Virus record (IMG/VR): IMGVR_UViG_2851938318_000001
Reading direction: 5' to 3' (one strand)
From: a virus
Taxonomy: Duplodnaviria; Heunggongvirae; Uroviricota; Caudoviricetes
Length of the DNA: 64,000 bases
Part shown: positions 1-10,309 of the stretch, piece after piece
How the letters are laid out: every line of letters starts with the position of its first letter
Position numbering within the stretch: the first letter of the stretch is position 1
Notes under the pieces: model-generated
Database searches by the model: none
Seen by the model: the letters and a program-made list of their open reading frames with translations, nothing else
Told to the model about the DNA's origin: nothing
Program-made: the position numbers and the translations under genes

Positions 1-159
1 TGTTGCAGGCTAATCTCTTAATTTCTTCTTTCATACCAACTCCTAGCTAACGGATGAAAGTATTCTTACAAAAACTTAAGTATGTATCTACTTATCATTT
101 TAGGTGCAATAGTTCTTTATACTAAGATGCCGGGCATATCCTCAGCCCAGCATTCACCT

Positions 160-573
160 TTAATGAGCTACAGCCTCACTGTTGCACATCTTTCTGTAGA
201 CCTGCTTATAACGCTGTAAATCATGAGGATCATTAGGTGCCAACGACTTCGATAGGATTTTGTATACCACCCCTTTTGAAAACATGCCCTTTGGCTTCAT
301 TTCGAGTTCAACAACATATGAGTGATAGCCCACGTATGCACCAAAGCCATTTTTGGCGTTTAATTCACCACACACAAAGCCTGTCACACTCCCATCATCA
401 TGATCAGTCCTGACAAACTTATCTTTCCTAAACATCACCGACGTGGGATCTTTCATATCATCCGCAATTGCCTGTTGGCCCAGAGTAATAGCCTTCTCGT
501 CTGTAGGCTTACACCCAACTAATGCAAACAAAGACAATAAAGCACCTGTTAAAATCAACTTCTTTTTGCTCAT
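160..573 (-). CDS. putative lipoprotein, unknown function
   Basis: 137 aa; N-terminal signal peptide with lipobox LVGC; segment FVCGELNAKNGFGAYVGY resembles MVCGEVNGKNVLNAYTGA in the 45550..46350 lipoprotein. Confidence 0.5.
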   Translation of the reverse strand: MSKKKLILTGALLSLFALVGCKPTDEKAITLGQQAIADDMKDPTSVMFRKDKFVRTDHDDGSVTGFVCGELNAKNGFGAYVGYHSYVVELEMKPKGMFSKGVVYKILSKSLAPNDPHDLQRYKQVYRKMCNSEAVAH

Positions 574-803
574 TTTGACTTCCCTTTATTTATATTTATC
601 GTAGGTATTAGTTAACCAAAACACGAGCCGTGTCACAATAATTCCATAGCTCATTATCTCTATCGGTGATTAATATCACATCAACTTTACAGTCCATAAA
701 TTAAATTATCAAAGCTGACAGATTAACTAAATTTAAGTACCCTTTTCGCACGCTTGACGCTTGCCGCGTCTAAACTATTCATCCCATATCAACAGAAAAA
801 AAC

Positions 804-1949
804 ATGAAATACATAAAACCTTCATCGTTGCTGGCATTAACTTTGCTTTTTAGCTCTGGATTCGTTAACGCAGACAATAAACAAACGCTGATAGAAGCCG
901 CTAACGCAGGTGATACCGCAGCACAAAGTGAGTTAGGGACAAATTATTTGGATGGTGTCAATGGTTTTGATAAGGATGTAGTTGAGGCCAAGAAGTGGAT
1001 TGATCTCGCTGCAGAAAAGGGAGATAAAGTAGCATATTATGCACTTGGAGTTATGTACACATTTGGCGAGGGTGTAGATAAAGACCTAAATAAAGCTGTT
1101 GAGTACTACAAACTTGCGGGGGATGCTCGTGAAGGTAGAGCCTACAACAATCTTGGTGCTATTTATCAAAAGGGGATGCTTGGTAAAGTAGATCATGCAC
1201 TCGCCATTAAATACTTCAAACTAGCCTCTGATGCCGGGTATGTTAAAGCAACTTCAGTTCTTGGGGCGTATTACCAATATGGTAAAGGCGTTCAAAAGAA
1301 TTATAAAAAGGCTTTTACTTATTACAAAAAGGCGGCAGACCAAGGCAGTTCAGAAGCTATGATAGGATTAGGAATACTATACGATGATGGGTTAGGCGTT
1401 AAACGCAATGATGCAGAAGCAGTTAAGTGGTATAAAAAGGCAGCGGAACTTGGAAACGCCGACGCCATAACCAATCTTGGCATTATGTATGAGAATGGGG
1501 AAGGAGTAAAAAAGGACTATAAAAAAGCAGCCGACCTTTATCAGACTGCTTGCAATAAAGGAGAAAAAAGAGGCTGTGAATACATTACTGAACTGAAAGA
1601 AAGCGGAAAATATCGAGTATCTGATTCCAAAGCCAAATCAAAATCAGATGTACAGCGACTTATTGCTAAATCCATTGATAAAGGCGTTAACGCAACTTTT
1701 ACCTGGCAAGGTGATGACGCCACATTCACCGCTAATGGCGGCAAAATTGACTGCACTTTCCTAAAGGATTTTTCAGAGAAAGGAGGCAATCTGGCTACCT
1801 CGTTTGTTTGCACCGATAACGTTCAAATCATCCTGAAGCAATTCAGAGATACCAAGAATGCCTACCTCGCGGTAATGACTGACAACTTCAACACAGAAGT
1901 TAAATCATTTTCGGTCAATGTTTACGTGACTAATACTGGTTCAAACTAA
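804..1949 (+). CDS. secreted Sel1-like repeat (TPR-like) protein
   Basis: 381 aa; hydrophobic N-terminal signal sequence; several tandem ~36-aa repeats with the A-x-x-W-Y-x-K-A-A-x-x-G pattern followed by G-x-x-Y-x-x-G-x-G-V. Confidence 0.7.
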   Translation: MKYIKPSSLLALTLLFSSGFVNADNKQTLIEAANAGDTAAQSELGTNYLDGVNGFDKDVVEAKKWIDLAAEKGDKVAYYALGVMYTFGEGVDKDLNKAVEYYKLAGDAREGRAYNNLGAIYQKGMLGKVDHALAIKYFKLASDAGYVKATSVLGAYYQYGKGVQKNYKKAFTYYKKAADQGSSEAMIGLGILYDDGLGVKRNDAEAVKWYKKAAELGNADAITNLGIMYENGEGVKKDYKKAADLYQTACNKGEKRGCEYITELKESGKYRVSDSKAKSKSDVQRLIAKSIDKGVNATFTWQGDDATFTANGGKIDCTFLKDFSEKGGNLATSFVCTDNVQIILKQFRDTKNAYLAVMTDNFNTEVKSFSVNVYVTNTGSN

Positions 1950-3194
1950 TGCTGCTATGCCTTTTACCTTGCTTAAAAGTTCAAGCTGTCGTGAGTAAGG
2001 TTTTGCGCAATAGTAGGCTTTGATAATCTTCCCCGGTGTCGCATCGCCGGGGTCGAGTCCTTCCTCGCCCAAACACGCAACTTTGACATTAAGACCGATA
2101 CTGGTCAGTCGCCTGGCTGCGGCCATAGTGTTGCGTATAGCTTGCTTTTCACTATCCCACATCATGATCACATTACGTAACCCACGCGCCTTGAGCGTCA
2201 GGAACGCGCCTAACTGATCTTCTGCATCCTGAGTGGTGTTACCAGATAGATGCATCCCGAACGTTCCTATTGGTTCCACGTAATCACGTAATGTTTCTTC
2301 GTCAAAAATAGCTCGTTTAACCCCCATAACATCGAACGCCCCCTCACAGACAACTACAGTCTGTTTGCCGACTGCATTATGGCCGTTGTAGAGAAACTTA
2401 CCTGAAGCTGGAAGCTGCATAGGAAAGAGGTAGCGGCGTTCTGCTGTACCGGTAATGTCTCGTCCCTGAAATGTCTTCATTACCCCATCCAGATCGTAAA
2501 CCGGTATCAGTATTCGCATATCGAATATCTGCCCTTTTACCTGATCTGTATACGGATCTACATAAGCGTGCTTGCCTTCGACGCAGTATCGTAGGTCAAA
2601 ATACTTTGCCATTTCAGGTGATATGTTTCGTTCAACCAGATAGTCTGGAAGACGGCCATCTATAGGAAGCTCGTAATGACGAGGGAGTGCAACTGGCCCC
2701 TCTAACTCGACTGTGCTTGCAAGCACTAGCTCTTCTTTCTTTGGTGCCCACCCCTGGGAAAGAAGGGCGTTCTGCACATATTCCTCGAACTGTCGTCGTG
2801 ATTTGCCGCTGTAGTACTTGAGGAAGACCAGCTTATTGAACTGAATCTCTTCGGGATGATCACCAGCGAAGCATTTACCGACGCCACTGGTCAGATTGAA
2901 ATATACCTTCCAGTTGGAGCTGCCGCATACCGGACACTCCTTGATATTCACTTCACGACCGCGAGTACTCACGCCTCCACGTCGATAAACGATACCTTCA
3001 GTATCCAACCATTGTTCAAAATCTAATTCGGTAATTAGCTCTTTCAGCTCGCTCACGATAATTCCACTTTTAACAGGCAATATTGTGACCAACCTAAATG
3101 TTGATATAACATAAAGGCTCATGTGTTTTTCTTTTGTGGTTTGGCAAAAGAAAAGTTGTTTCACCAATGAATCAAGCGTGGAGGTGTTCTCCAC
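1941..3194 (-). CDS. DNA primase (zinc-ribbon + Toprim type)
   Basis: 417-aa ORF; CPVCGSSNWKVYF...GKCFAGDH zinc-binding motif; Toprim-like VVVCEGAFDVMG; directly downstream of the helicase gene. True start may be the internal Met at 3122. Confidence 0.6.
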   Translation of the reverse strand: MENTSTLDSLVKQLFFCQTTKEKHMSLYVISTFRLVTILPVKSGIIVSELKELITELDFEQWLDTEGIVYRRGGVSTRGREVNIKECPVCGSSNWKVYFNLTSGVGKCFAGDHPEEIQFNKLVFLKYYSGKSRRQFEEYVQNALLSQGWAPKKEELVLASTVELEGPVALPRHYELPIDGRLPDYLVERNISPEMAKYFDLRYCVEGKHAYVDPYTDQVKGQIFDMRILIPVYDLDGVMKTFQGRDITGTAERRYLFPMQLPASGKFLYNGHNAVGKQTVVVCEGAFDVMGVKRAIFDEETLRDYVEPIGTFGMHLSGNTTQDAEDQLGAFLTLKARGLRNVIMMWDSEKQAIRNTMAAARRLTSIGLNVKVACLGEEGLDPGDATPGKIIKAYYCAKPYSRQLELLSKVKGIAALV

Positions 3195-3203
3195 GCTTAT
3201 TTT

Positions 3204-4544
3204 TTAGGTAACGTCTAAGATTCGCTCAATGAAGCGCATTTGTTCGAGGTTTTGTTTAACGCGAATGCTGATCCCTCCCTGCTGGTTACGCGAACCAGCA
3301 AAGTAGAGACGAGCCTCTCCTTTCGCTTCTTCTTCTTCGGTTTTGTTGATCGTTATTACCAGATCAGCAATACGTACTTTTTCGATGTTGTCGGCAGCGT
3401 GCATCATTGTGGCAACTTCTGACGCGCCACCTTCACGGTTTGTTTGCGACGCCGTGATACCAGCAACGTTATGCTTGTCATAAAGAGCACGTAAATCGGT
3501 GTAGATACTACGAATGTTGGCGCGATCATCACGAAGGTCATAACTGGCACGCATCAAATCTGCGTAGTCGACAACAACCATGTCAGGCACCATACCATTG
3601 GCTTTCATACTGTTAAGCATACGGTCCAGATCTGCCGGTGACATACTTCCTGACGGACGCTCAACAACCCACAAACTACCAATCCCCTTAGAGGCTCCCA
3701 ACTCTGCCAACTTACGATGAACTTCATCGCGCCGTTCCACCAACTTGGACATTTCCGTCTCCGACAATCTTGCATCAAAACGGTCGGACAAAATGTTGGT
3801 GTGAACCTCCAGCGAGAGATACAGAACATTGTAGCCAGCAAGCGTTGCGTTTATGGAAAACTCACCCATTGCGGTCGATTTACCGGATTTAGCGAACCCC
3901 ATGAAGAGCACCATTTCGCGCTTTGCCCAGCCTTTTTGGTACAGCAACCTATCGAGAAGAGGGAGTCCAGTTGTAATACTGTTTGGTACATACTCCTCTG
4001 AAGCCTCATATTCACGCGCTTTCAATCGCTCACTTGCGGAGGTGTAGTAGTCATAGATTCCGGTCGCTTCGTTCGATCCAATCTGCTGAACCTTGGCCAT
4101 GATTGCCATCGCCCCCTGAAAGTCGCCCTTCTCTTTCAGTTCAGCAGCCTTAATCAGAGCATCATCAAACGCTACGCTTTTTGCGAAGGTTGATACCTGG
4201 TCAACCATGTACGAGGTATCGGACAATTTTTCTGCAAGGATGCGCTTAAACGCAGCAACAACATCGGCGAATAGTTCCTCACGGATAGTCTTATCGCGTT
4301 TCGCACGCTTAAGCATATCCAGAATTGCAGATGAAGAGGGCGCGCTCTTGTACATACGGTAATAGCCCGAAACCATATTAACCAATATGGCATTGGCCGC
4401 ATTGGCAAATTGGCTAGGCACAACCAGATCTCCCGCACGAGTAAGAAACTCGTGATCACGACAAAAATATGCCGTCAGTCTGTTCTGGAAATCTTCATCA
4501 AACTCTTCGGACAGCCCGCGTCCTGTATGGCAAAGTTCGGTCAT
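3204..4544 (-). CDS. DnaB-family replicative DNA helicase
   Basis: 446 aa; Walker A GFAKSGKST, Walker B-like MVVVDYADL; N-terminal helical domain plus RecA-like C-terminal domain. Confidence 0.75.
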   Translation of the reverse strand: MTELCHTGRGLSEEFDEDFQNRLTAYFCRDHEFLTRAGDLVVPSQFANAANAILVNMVSGYYRMYKSAPSSSAILDMLKRAKRDKTIREELFADVVAAFKRILAEKLSDTSYMVDQVSTFAKSVAFDDALIKAAELKEKGDFQGAMAIMAKVQQIGSNEATGIYDYYTSASERLKAREYEASEEYVPNSITTGLPLLDRLLYQKGWAKREMVLFMGFAKSGKSTAMGEFSINATLAGYNVLYLSLEVHTNILSDRFDARLSETEMSKLVERRDEVHRKLAELGASKGIGSLWVVERPSGSMSPADLDRMLNSMKANGMVPDMVVVDYADLMRASYDLRDDRANIRSIYTDLRALYDKHNVAGITASQTNREGGASEVATMMHAADNIEKVRIADLVITINKTEEEEAKGEARLYFAGSRNQQGGISIRVKQNLEQMRFIERILDVT

Positions 4545-4587
4545 GTGCTTTCCTTTGTTTTTTAAACAAATTGTTTTCTAGTATTAG

Positions 4588-5337
4588 TTAATTAGATAGG
4601 GGATCAATAAACCGCCGTGCTTCTTCCAGTTCTTCTGGAAAGTGGGCGGAAATAAGGCGCTCTGGAACGATTTCCATTAGCCAGATAGCGGAGAAAATTG
4701 CGCGTATGCGCTTGCTGCGAGGGATGGTGCGCAAACGCTCCAGAATCCACTCAAAATAGCTTTCCTGAATCGGGTTGAACTGCATGTCTCCCATATGCTT
4801 AAAGCTAACAAGAGAGTCATCCAGACGGGTTGTTGCGCGTCTGGCTAATTTCTCTTCAAATATCTCAATCAGTTCTGGCTGCCACAAATGCTGTGGGCGC
4901 GGCAGCTTGTCCCACAGCCGTCGTGCAGCTGCGGAAAGAACGGTGGAGATAAAGTAGTCGTATGAGCAGCAATAGCGATCCGCAAACTGGCGTGCTTTCC
5001 ATAGCGACGTTTTATTGGCAGTCGACAACTCCTGATAAGGCAGGCGTTTTAACCCGGTGGTGAACGGAGCTGTTTCAAAGTGTTCGCGACCGTGCGTCAG
5101 CATGATATTTGAGTACTGACGTTTGTATGCCTCCGTAAAAAGACAGGTGGCCATGAGAGGATGCATGTCGCGGTAATCAAACCACTTCGTCTCGAAGAGT
5201 TCAGCCTCGTCTTTACAGCGCGACAAACCAATGTTTTCAGCGACCCACTTGTCCATAACAGCGGTATTCCACTCTGTCATGAAGTCGTACTGGTCGTTGT
5301 CGATGGTATCGAAAAAGATTTGGCTCATGTGGCTCAC
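4588..5337 (-). CDS. hypothetical protein of the replication module (possible initiator or helicase loader)
   Basis: 249-aa ORF immediately upstream of and co-oriented with the helicase gene; no recognisable motif. Confidence 0.4.
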   Translation of the reverse strand: MSHMSQIFFDTIDNDQYDFMTEWNTAVMDKWVAENIGLSRCKDEAELFETKWFDYRDMHPLMATCLFTEAYKRQYSNIMLTHGREHFETAPFTTGLKRLPYQELSTANKTSLWKARQFADRYCCSYDYFISTVLSAAARRLWDKLPRPQHLWQPELIEIFEEKLARRATTRLDDSLVSFKHMGDMQFNPIQESYFEWILERLRTIPRSKRIRAIFSAIWLMEIVPERLISAHFPEELEEARRFIDPLSN

Positions 5338-5444
5338 CTGGTAGGTAGTTACTTACTTATCACAATGAGCGGATGATAGCGACTGGTGGCAGTTTTTGGA
5401 AGTGGAAACGGAAGGGAGTTGTTCTGGTGGTGTCTTTTAAAAGA

Positions 5445-5499
5445 CCTGCTTCCGTATATATTTAATAAGTTACTTATTATTTATATATACAGAAGCAGG
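5445..5499. repeat. 55-bp near-perfect palindrome, copy 1 of 2
   Basis: cctgcttccgtatatatttaataagttacttattatttatatatacagaagcagg; arms contain CTGTATATAT-like half sites; centre carries the TAAGTTACTTATT motif. Confidence 0.8.
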
Positions 5500-5610
5500 C
5501 ATAACTTGTCGTCTTAGACGCCCAGAAGCTCTACACTTTGAGCCTGTTAAATTGATTAAAAACTTATGTGTAAAATAGAACGCATTAGTCAGTAGCTAAG
5601 AGATGCAATA

Positions 5611-6378
5611 ATGGACGATTTATCGGTATACGCGAGATCATTGGATAAGGCTAAATACTATGTTTACTGTCTCTATGATACAGAAGACAAGATGAAAAGA
5701 CCGTTTTACATAGGAAAAGGCAAATCGACTCGTTGTCTCGATCACATCAAGTATCCCGATGACTCTCCCAAATCCATGCGGATCAAAGAACTTTTGGCTA
5801 ATAAAAAATTAGGCATAGATATTCTTCGTCATGGTATGGATGAAACCACAGCCAAACTTGTTGAGGCGACATGCATCGACCTTATGGGGGTCGGAGAGCT
5901 TACGAATAAGGTACGAGGAAGTGGTTCCATGATGGGCAGAATATCACTGGACGCCTACCATCACTTAGTGCTGCAAGAGGAAACTGAAATTGCTCCTGAG
6001 CACGCCGGTCTTGCCTTCCTGCTAAACAGCACCTACAAGTCAGGAATGTCCGCTCTGGCATTATATGAAGCTACGCGTGGCGTATGGGCAAAGGTTCCAA
6101 GAGACGAGAATCTCAAATATGCCTACGCTACATATGGTGGGCTAATAATGGAAGTTTATCAGATTGAATGCTGGGTCAAAGCCGGTTCTCAGCAGTACTT
6201 TACAAGGGATATAGCTCTTGGCCCCGACACAAAACGTTATGAATTTGTTGGCAGAATAGCCGATGAGCATATTAGAAAACTGTATGTAGGCAAATTAATC
6301 AAGAAGCCACCAAGCTACGGTAGCCCTTTTGTGAAGGTTGGGGTGGTTAGGACTGAACATAGTGTTAGCGCGGCATAA
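5611..6378 (+). CDS. GIY-YIG domain nuclease, possible free-standing homing endonuclease
   Basis: 255 aa; N-terminus YVYCLYD...FYIGKGKSTRCLDH fits the GIY-(10-13)-YIG...R...H pattern; lone plus-strand gene between replication and partition modules. Confidence 0.55.
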   Translation: MDDLSVYARSLDKAKYYVYCLYDTEDKMKRPFYIGKGKSTRCLDHIKYPDDSPKSMRIKELLANKKLGIDILRHGMDETTAKLVEATCIDLMGVGELTNKVRGSGSMMGRISLDAYHHLVLQEETEIAPEHAGLAFLLNSTYKSGMSALALYEATRGVWAKVPRDENLKYAYATYGGLIMEVYQIECWVKAGSQQYFTRDIALGPDTKRYEFVGRIADEHIRKLYVGKLIKKPPSYGSPFVKVGVVRTEHSVSAA

Positions 6379-6430
6379 AGCTGACACTGTAGTTATGCAT
6401 TGGCGCAATGTACGCGCCAATGCATGATTT

Positions 6431-6790
6431 TTAACCTTTCTTCATCAACTCTCGTTTGATTTCATCGGTACGCATCGTGACATCGGCAGCGGTGATCGCC
6501 TCATTCAATTTCACGATGTCCTCGATTTCCTGCGGTGACTTCTCTGCCAGATGGAAAATGGCTGCTCGAATCACGTCAGAACGAGTGAACTTCTCGAAGC
6601 GAGGGATGAACTTCATCATCTCCAGCAGTTCGAAGTATTCGTCCTCCAGTGACATTGTGCGGCTTTTAATTTTCTCTTTGCCACGAGTCGGGCGTCCCTG
6701 TGGTCTGACTGGTTGGCGCAAAGGAGTTGTGTTCTTAGCCGGTGCATCAGGCTCTTTGCGCTTTGCTAGGTCACCCATTTTCATGGACAT
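6431..6790 (-). CDS. small centromere-binding partner of ParA (ribbon-helix-helix, ParG-like)
   Basis: 119 aa; basic N-terminal tail then a beta-strand/helix pattern (TMSLEDEYFELLEMM...RSDVIRAAIFHL); start overlaps the parA stop. Confidence 0.5.
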   Translation of the reverse strand: MSMKMGDLAKRKEPDAPAKNTTPLRQPVRPQGRPTRGKEKIKSRTMSLEDEYFELLEMMKFIPRFEKFTRSDVIRAAIFHLAEKSPQEIEDIVKLNEAITAADVTMRTDEIKRELMKKG

Positions 6791-7458
6791 TATTCTTCTT
6801 CCTCCAGACTCAACAGATAATCTACAAATTCTTCAAACTCGGCTTCCGCCTTTTTGTCGCGCTCGCTACCGGTCATTTCAAAGATAGAACGACCAGACTC
6901 TTCCGCATCATCATAGACGTTGCGGTTATATAGATTGACTGGCGCAGACTCGATTCCAAACGTCTCAACAATCTCTTTAGCCGCCAGAATGCGAGACACT
7001 TGTGATGGCAAAGCCGGGCACTGGTTCATGACCGCGCGGACCTTCACTTTATCGTTTACATTGCGAACATTGTCGATAATAGGATCGATGTCACGTAAAG
7101 ATTTCAAATCACGACGCTTAGGACGCAGCGGGATAATGATAACGTCAGCCATCAGCATCGCTTGTCGCTGAATTTCGGAGTCGAAGCCACCAGCATCTAC
7201 CACTACAAACTCAGCTCTACCCTGAAGCGATTTTAGGTGCTTAATGATGTCATCCTGAACGTATGCAAAAGGAATCAGCTCAAGGTCTTCGTTCTGTCGA
7301 CGGTCTTCACACCAGCTCGTTGTCGTGCGCTGAATATCTATATCGGTAATATAAACCTTCTTCTTCTTTTTGACTTTCAGGCAAACGGCAATTTGCTGGG
7401 CAACGGTGGATTTGCCAGGCCCGCCCTTTGTGCCGCCAACCACAAAGATCTTGGTCAT
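6790..7458 (-). CDS. parA: ParA-family partition ATPase (small, type Ib)
   Basis: 222 aa; deviant Walker A GGTKGGPGKST; second motif VVVDAGG. Confidence 0.8.
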   Translation of the reverse strand: MTKIFVVGGTKGGPGKSTVAQQIAVCLKVKKKKKVYITDIDIQRTTTSWCEDRRQNEDLELIPFAYVQDDIIKHLKSLQGRAEFVVVDAGGFDSEIQRQAMLMADVIIIPLRPKRRDLKSLRDIDPIIDNVRNVNDKVKVRAVMNQCPALPSQVSRILAAKEIVETFGIESAPVNLYNRNVYDDAEESGRSIFEMTGSERDKKAEAEFEEFVDYLLSLEEEE

Positions 7459-7633
7459 TGGAGAGTTCCCTTTGCGTATATAATTATCGTCTGAAACAAC
7501 TTGTTTTCTTATATGTGATATAGCCTAAATGCCTACGGCTGCGGTGTAAAGGTTAAATGGTAGGTTGTGATTAACAATTTGAACCGCCCCGGAAATCCTG
7601 GAGACTAAACTCCCTGAGAAAGAGGTAAACAGG

Positions 7634-7960
7634 ATGACTAAAAATACTCGTTTTTCCCCCGAAGTCCGTCAGCGGGCGATTCGTATGGTTCTGGAAAGTC
7701 AGGATGAATATGACTCACAGTGGGCGGCAATTTGTTCCATTGCCCCAAAGATTGGCTGTACGCCGGAGACTCTGCGTGTCTGGGTTCGCCAGCATGAGCG
7801 GGATACCGGGGGCGGTGATGGTGGGCTCACCAGCGCTGAACGTCAGCGTCTGAAAGAGCTGGAACGTGAAAATCGTGAACTGCGCCGCAGTAACGATATC
7901 CTTCGCCAGGCTTCCGCTTATTTTGCGAAGGCGGAGTTCGACCGCCTCTGGAAAAAATGA
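7634..7960 (+). CDS. IS3-family transposase OrfA (HTH)
   Basis: 108 aa; A-run at the orfA/orfB overlap consistent with -1 frameshifting. Confidence 0.85.
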   Translation: MTKNTRFSPEVRQRAIRMVLESQDEYDSQWAAICSIAPKIGCTPETLRVWVRQHERDTGGGDGGLTSAERQRLKELERENRELRRSNDILRQASAYFAKAEFDRLWKK

Positions 7961-8847
7961 TGCCACTGCTGGATAAGCTGCGTGAGCAGTACGGGGTCGG
8001 ACCGGTATGCAGCGAACTGCATATTGCCCCGTCAACGTATTACCATTGTCAGCAACAGCGACATCATCCGGATAAACGCAGTGCCCGTGCGCAGCACGAC
8101 GACTGGCTGAAGAGAGAGATACAGCGCGTATACGATGAAAATCATCAGGTGTACGGTGTGCGTAAAGTCTGGCGTCAGTTGTTACGGGAAGGAATCAGGG
8201 TGGCCAGATGTACAGTGGCACGTCTCATGGCGGTTATGGGACTTGCCGGTGTTCTCCGGGGTAAAAAGGTCCGTACGACCATCAGCCGGAAAGCCGTTGC
8301 CGCAGGCGACCGCGTAAACCGTCAGTTCGTGGCAGAACGACCTGACCAGCTGTGGGTGGCTGATTTTACTTACGTCAGCACATGGCAGGGCTTCGTCTAT
8401 GTGGCGTTTATCATTGATGTGTTTGCCGGATACATCGTGGGGTGGCGGGTCTCATCGTCTATGGAAACGACATTCGTGCTGGATGCGCTGGAGCAGGCGT
8501 TGTGGGCCCGTCGTCCGTCTGGCACCATCCATCACAGCGATAAAGGCTCTCAGTATGTGTCACTGGCCTATACGGAGCGACTAAAAGAAGCCGGATTACT
8601 GGCATCAACAGGGAGTACAGGCGACTCGTATGACAACGCGATGGCTGAGAGCATCAATGGTCTTTACAAAGCGGAGGTAATACACCGTAAGAGCTGGAAA
8701 AACCGTGCAGAAGTGGAACTGGCCACACTAACGTGGGTGGACTGGTATAACAATCGACGATTGCTGGGAAGGCTGGGCCATACTCCTCCGGCAGAAGCAG
8801 AAAAAGCTTATTATGCTTCCATCGGAAACGATGATCTGGCAGCCTGA
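7957..8847 (+). CDS. IS3-family transposase OrfB (DDE catalytic domain)
   Basis: 296-aa ORF in the -1 frame relative to OrfA. Confidence 0.85.
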   Translation: MMPLLDKLREQYGVGPVCSELHIAPSTYYHCQQQRHHPDKRSARAQHDDWLKREIQRVYDENHQVYGVRKVWRQLLREGIRVARCTVARLMAVMGLAGVLRGKKVRTTISRKAVAAGDRVNRQFVAERPDQLWVADFTYVSTWQGFVYVAFIIDVFAGYIVGWRVSSSMETTFVLDALEQALWARRPSGTIHHSDKGSQYVSLAYTERLKEAGLLASTGSTGDSYDNAMAESINGLYKAEVIHRKSWKNRAEVELATLTWVDWYNNRRLLGRLGHTPPAEAEKAYYASIGNDDLAA

Positions 8848-9089
8848 GTTCACAGATAAAACACTCTCCAGGAAACCCGGGGCGGTTCAATTGGCAATCA
8901 TAGCTTGTATTTGTCTGTTGAAAAAAGTAACAATGACCTCTATATTACAAGTACGGTGATATGCCGTACACAATTTGATAATGCACACGTAATGGGCTAT
9001 AGCCTTTTAAAGTAATTTTTGAGTCGAAAACTCAGTTTGAACAGAGGAGATTGATGGCCTTCCTACATCACGGCCATCAGGAGGAATAC

Positions 9090-9359
9090 ATGTCAGCACT
9101 AAAAAAGCAGCGCATCGATTTGAGATTAACCGATGACGATAAAAGCATCATCGAGGAAGCTGCCGCAATGTCTAACCAGAGCATTACTCAGTTTATGGTT
9201 AGCAGTGCATCTGAACGTGCCGTGAAAGTTATAGAGCAACACCGTAGACTAGTTCTGAATGAAGAATCCTGGAATCTGGTTATGGACGCTATAAGCAATC
9301 CTCCGGCACCGAACGACAAGCTGAAACGAGCTGCTGATCGTCTGAAAAGCATGGAGTAG
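9090..9359 (+). CDS. DUF1778-type antitoxin (TacA-like)
   Basis: Start chosen at ATG 9090 preceded by AGGAGG; about 89 aa; immediately upstream of the GNAT toxin gene. Confidence 0.65.
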   Translation: MSALKKQRIDLRLTDDDKSIIEEAAAMSNQSITQFMVSSASERAVKVIEQHRRLVLNEESWNLVMDAISNPPAPNDKLKRAADRLKSME

Positions 9360-9366
9360 TTTACTC

Positions 9367-9888
9367 GTGAGCAATACAACGATAGAGATTTTCTCTGGAG
9401 AGAAAGATTATGATCTAAACGGTTTTGATTGCGGCGAAGAGTCACTAAACGCCTTTTTAGCCAACCACTTAAAAAGGCAGCATGAGGGAAAAATTCTTCG
9501 TGCTTATGTGCTTTGCACTCAAGAAGAAAGGCCAAAAGTGTTAGGATATTACACTTTGTCAGGTAGTTGTTTTGAAAAGGAGTCCTTACCTTCAAGAAGC
9601 AAACAAAAGAAGGTTCCTTATCGGAATGTTCCAAGTGTTACTTTGGGTAGGCTGGCTTTGGACAAGCCCCTTCAAGGTCAAGGATTTGGCTCAATGCTTG
9701 TAACACATGCAATGCGCGTTGTGTACAATGCATCTCTTGCTGTAGGCATTCATGGACTTTTCGTTGAGGCGTTAAATGACAAAGCCAAGGCGTTTTATAA
9801 AAGTTTAGGCTTTATCCAGCTGGTTGGTAACAACGAGCGTTCTTTGTTCTATCCTACAAAATCTATCGAAAAATTGTTCGAAGAATAA
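9367..9888 (+). CDS. GNAT-family acetyltransferase toxin (TacT-like)
   Basis: 173 aa; acyl-CoA-binding motif QGQGFGSMLV; GTG start 8 nt after antitoxin stop. Confidence 0.65.
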   Translation: MSNTTIEIFSGEKDYDLNGFDCGEESLNAFLANHLKRQHEGKILRAYVLCTQEERPKVLGYYTLSGSCFEKESLPSRSKQKKVPYRNVPSVTLGRLALDKPLQGQGFGSMLVTHAMRVVYNASLAVGIHGLFVEALNDKAKAFYKSLGFIQLVGNNERSLFYPTKSIEKLFEE

Positions 9889-10056
9889 TGTGTTCCCCTC
9901 ATTTGAGGGGAACTTCGACATCACCAACCACAAACCCTCTCTCCCATCGTATTGTGAAAAAGGATTTGGCGTTCGGTTTCTTCAGTCATTACATCATTAT
10001 TGCTGATATAGATAGGCTCAGCCCCATCGCAGAACAACACGCTGGCTGTTTGTGGT

Positions 10057-10308
10057 TTAATGACGCACCCACTTATCATACAACTCACGATGAACGGCAG
10101 AAGCATCTTTCTGACGTATTTTACTGCTCGTCTCATTCACCACTTTCACTGTGTTTTGAAGTCGTTTTCTGTCTTCCTGTTTTGCCTTCTCTTCCATTGC
10201 TCGTCGCGCCGCATTCCCGCCCATCGTGTAAGCGCCGACAAGAACGAAAAGAACGGCAGCCAGCGTAATCAAAGCAACTTTTAGCTTTGTCATCAGGCTG
10301 CCTAGCAT
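10057..10308 (-). CDS. spanin-like protein (N-terminal transmembrane helix + charged coiled region)
   Basis: 83 aa; TM segment LKVALITLAAVLFVLVGAY followed by KAKQEDRKRLQ-rich region; last gene of the lysis-like cassette. Confidence 0.4.
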   Translation of the reverse strand: MLGSLMTKLKVALITLAAVLFVLVGAYTMGGNAARRAMEEKAKQEDRKRLQNTVKVVNETSSKIRQKDASAVHRELYDKWVRH

Positions 10309-10309
10309 A

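Larger units (their letters stand above)
7580..8889 (+). mobile_element. IS3-family insertion sequence (IS629-like), copy 1
   Basis: 1310 bp; terminal inverted repeats beginning TGAACCGCCCCGG; 3-bp direct duplication ATT at 7577..7579 and 8890..8892; two overlapping transposase ORFs. Confidence 0.85.

Noticed and set aside
5445-5499. Long palindromes as canonical LexA boxes
   Set aside because: The CTG and CAG half-sites are separated by more than 30 nt instead of 10; only the 58832..58851 site fits CTGT-N8-ACAG.
9888-10268. 126-aa plus-strand ORF
   Set aside because: It overlaps the spanin-like gene on the opposite strand and follows directly on the toxin gene stop without start signals; likely spurious.
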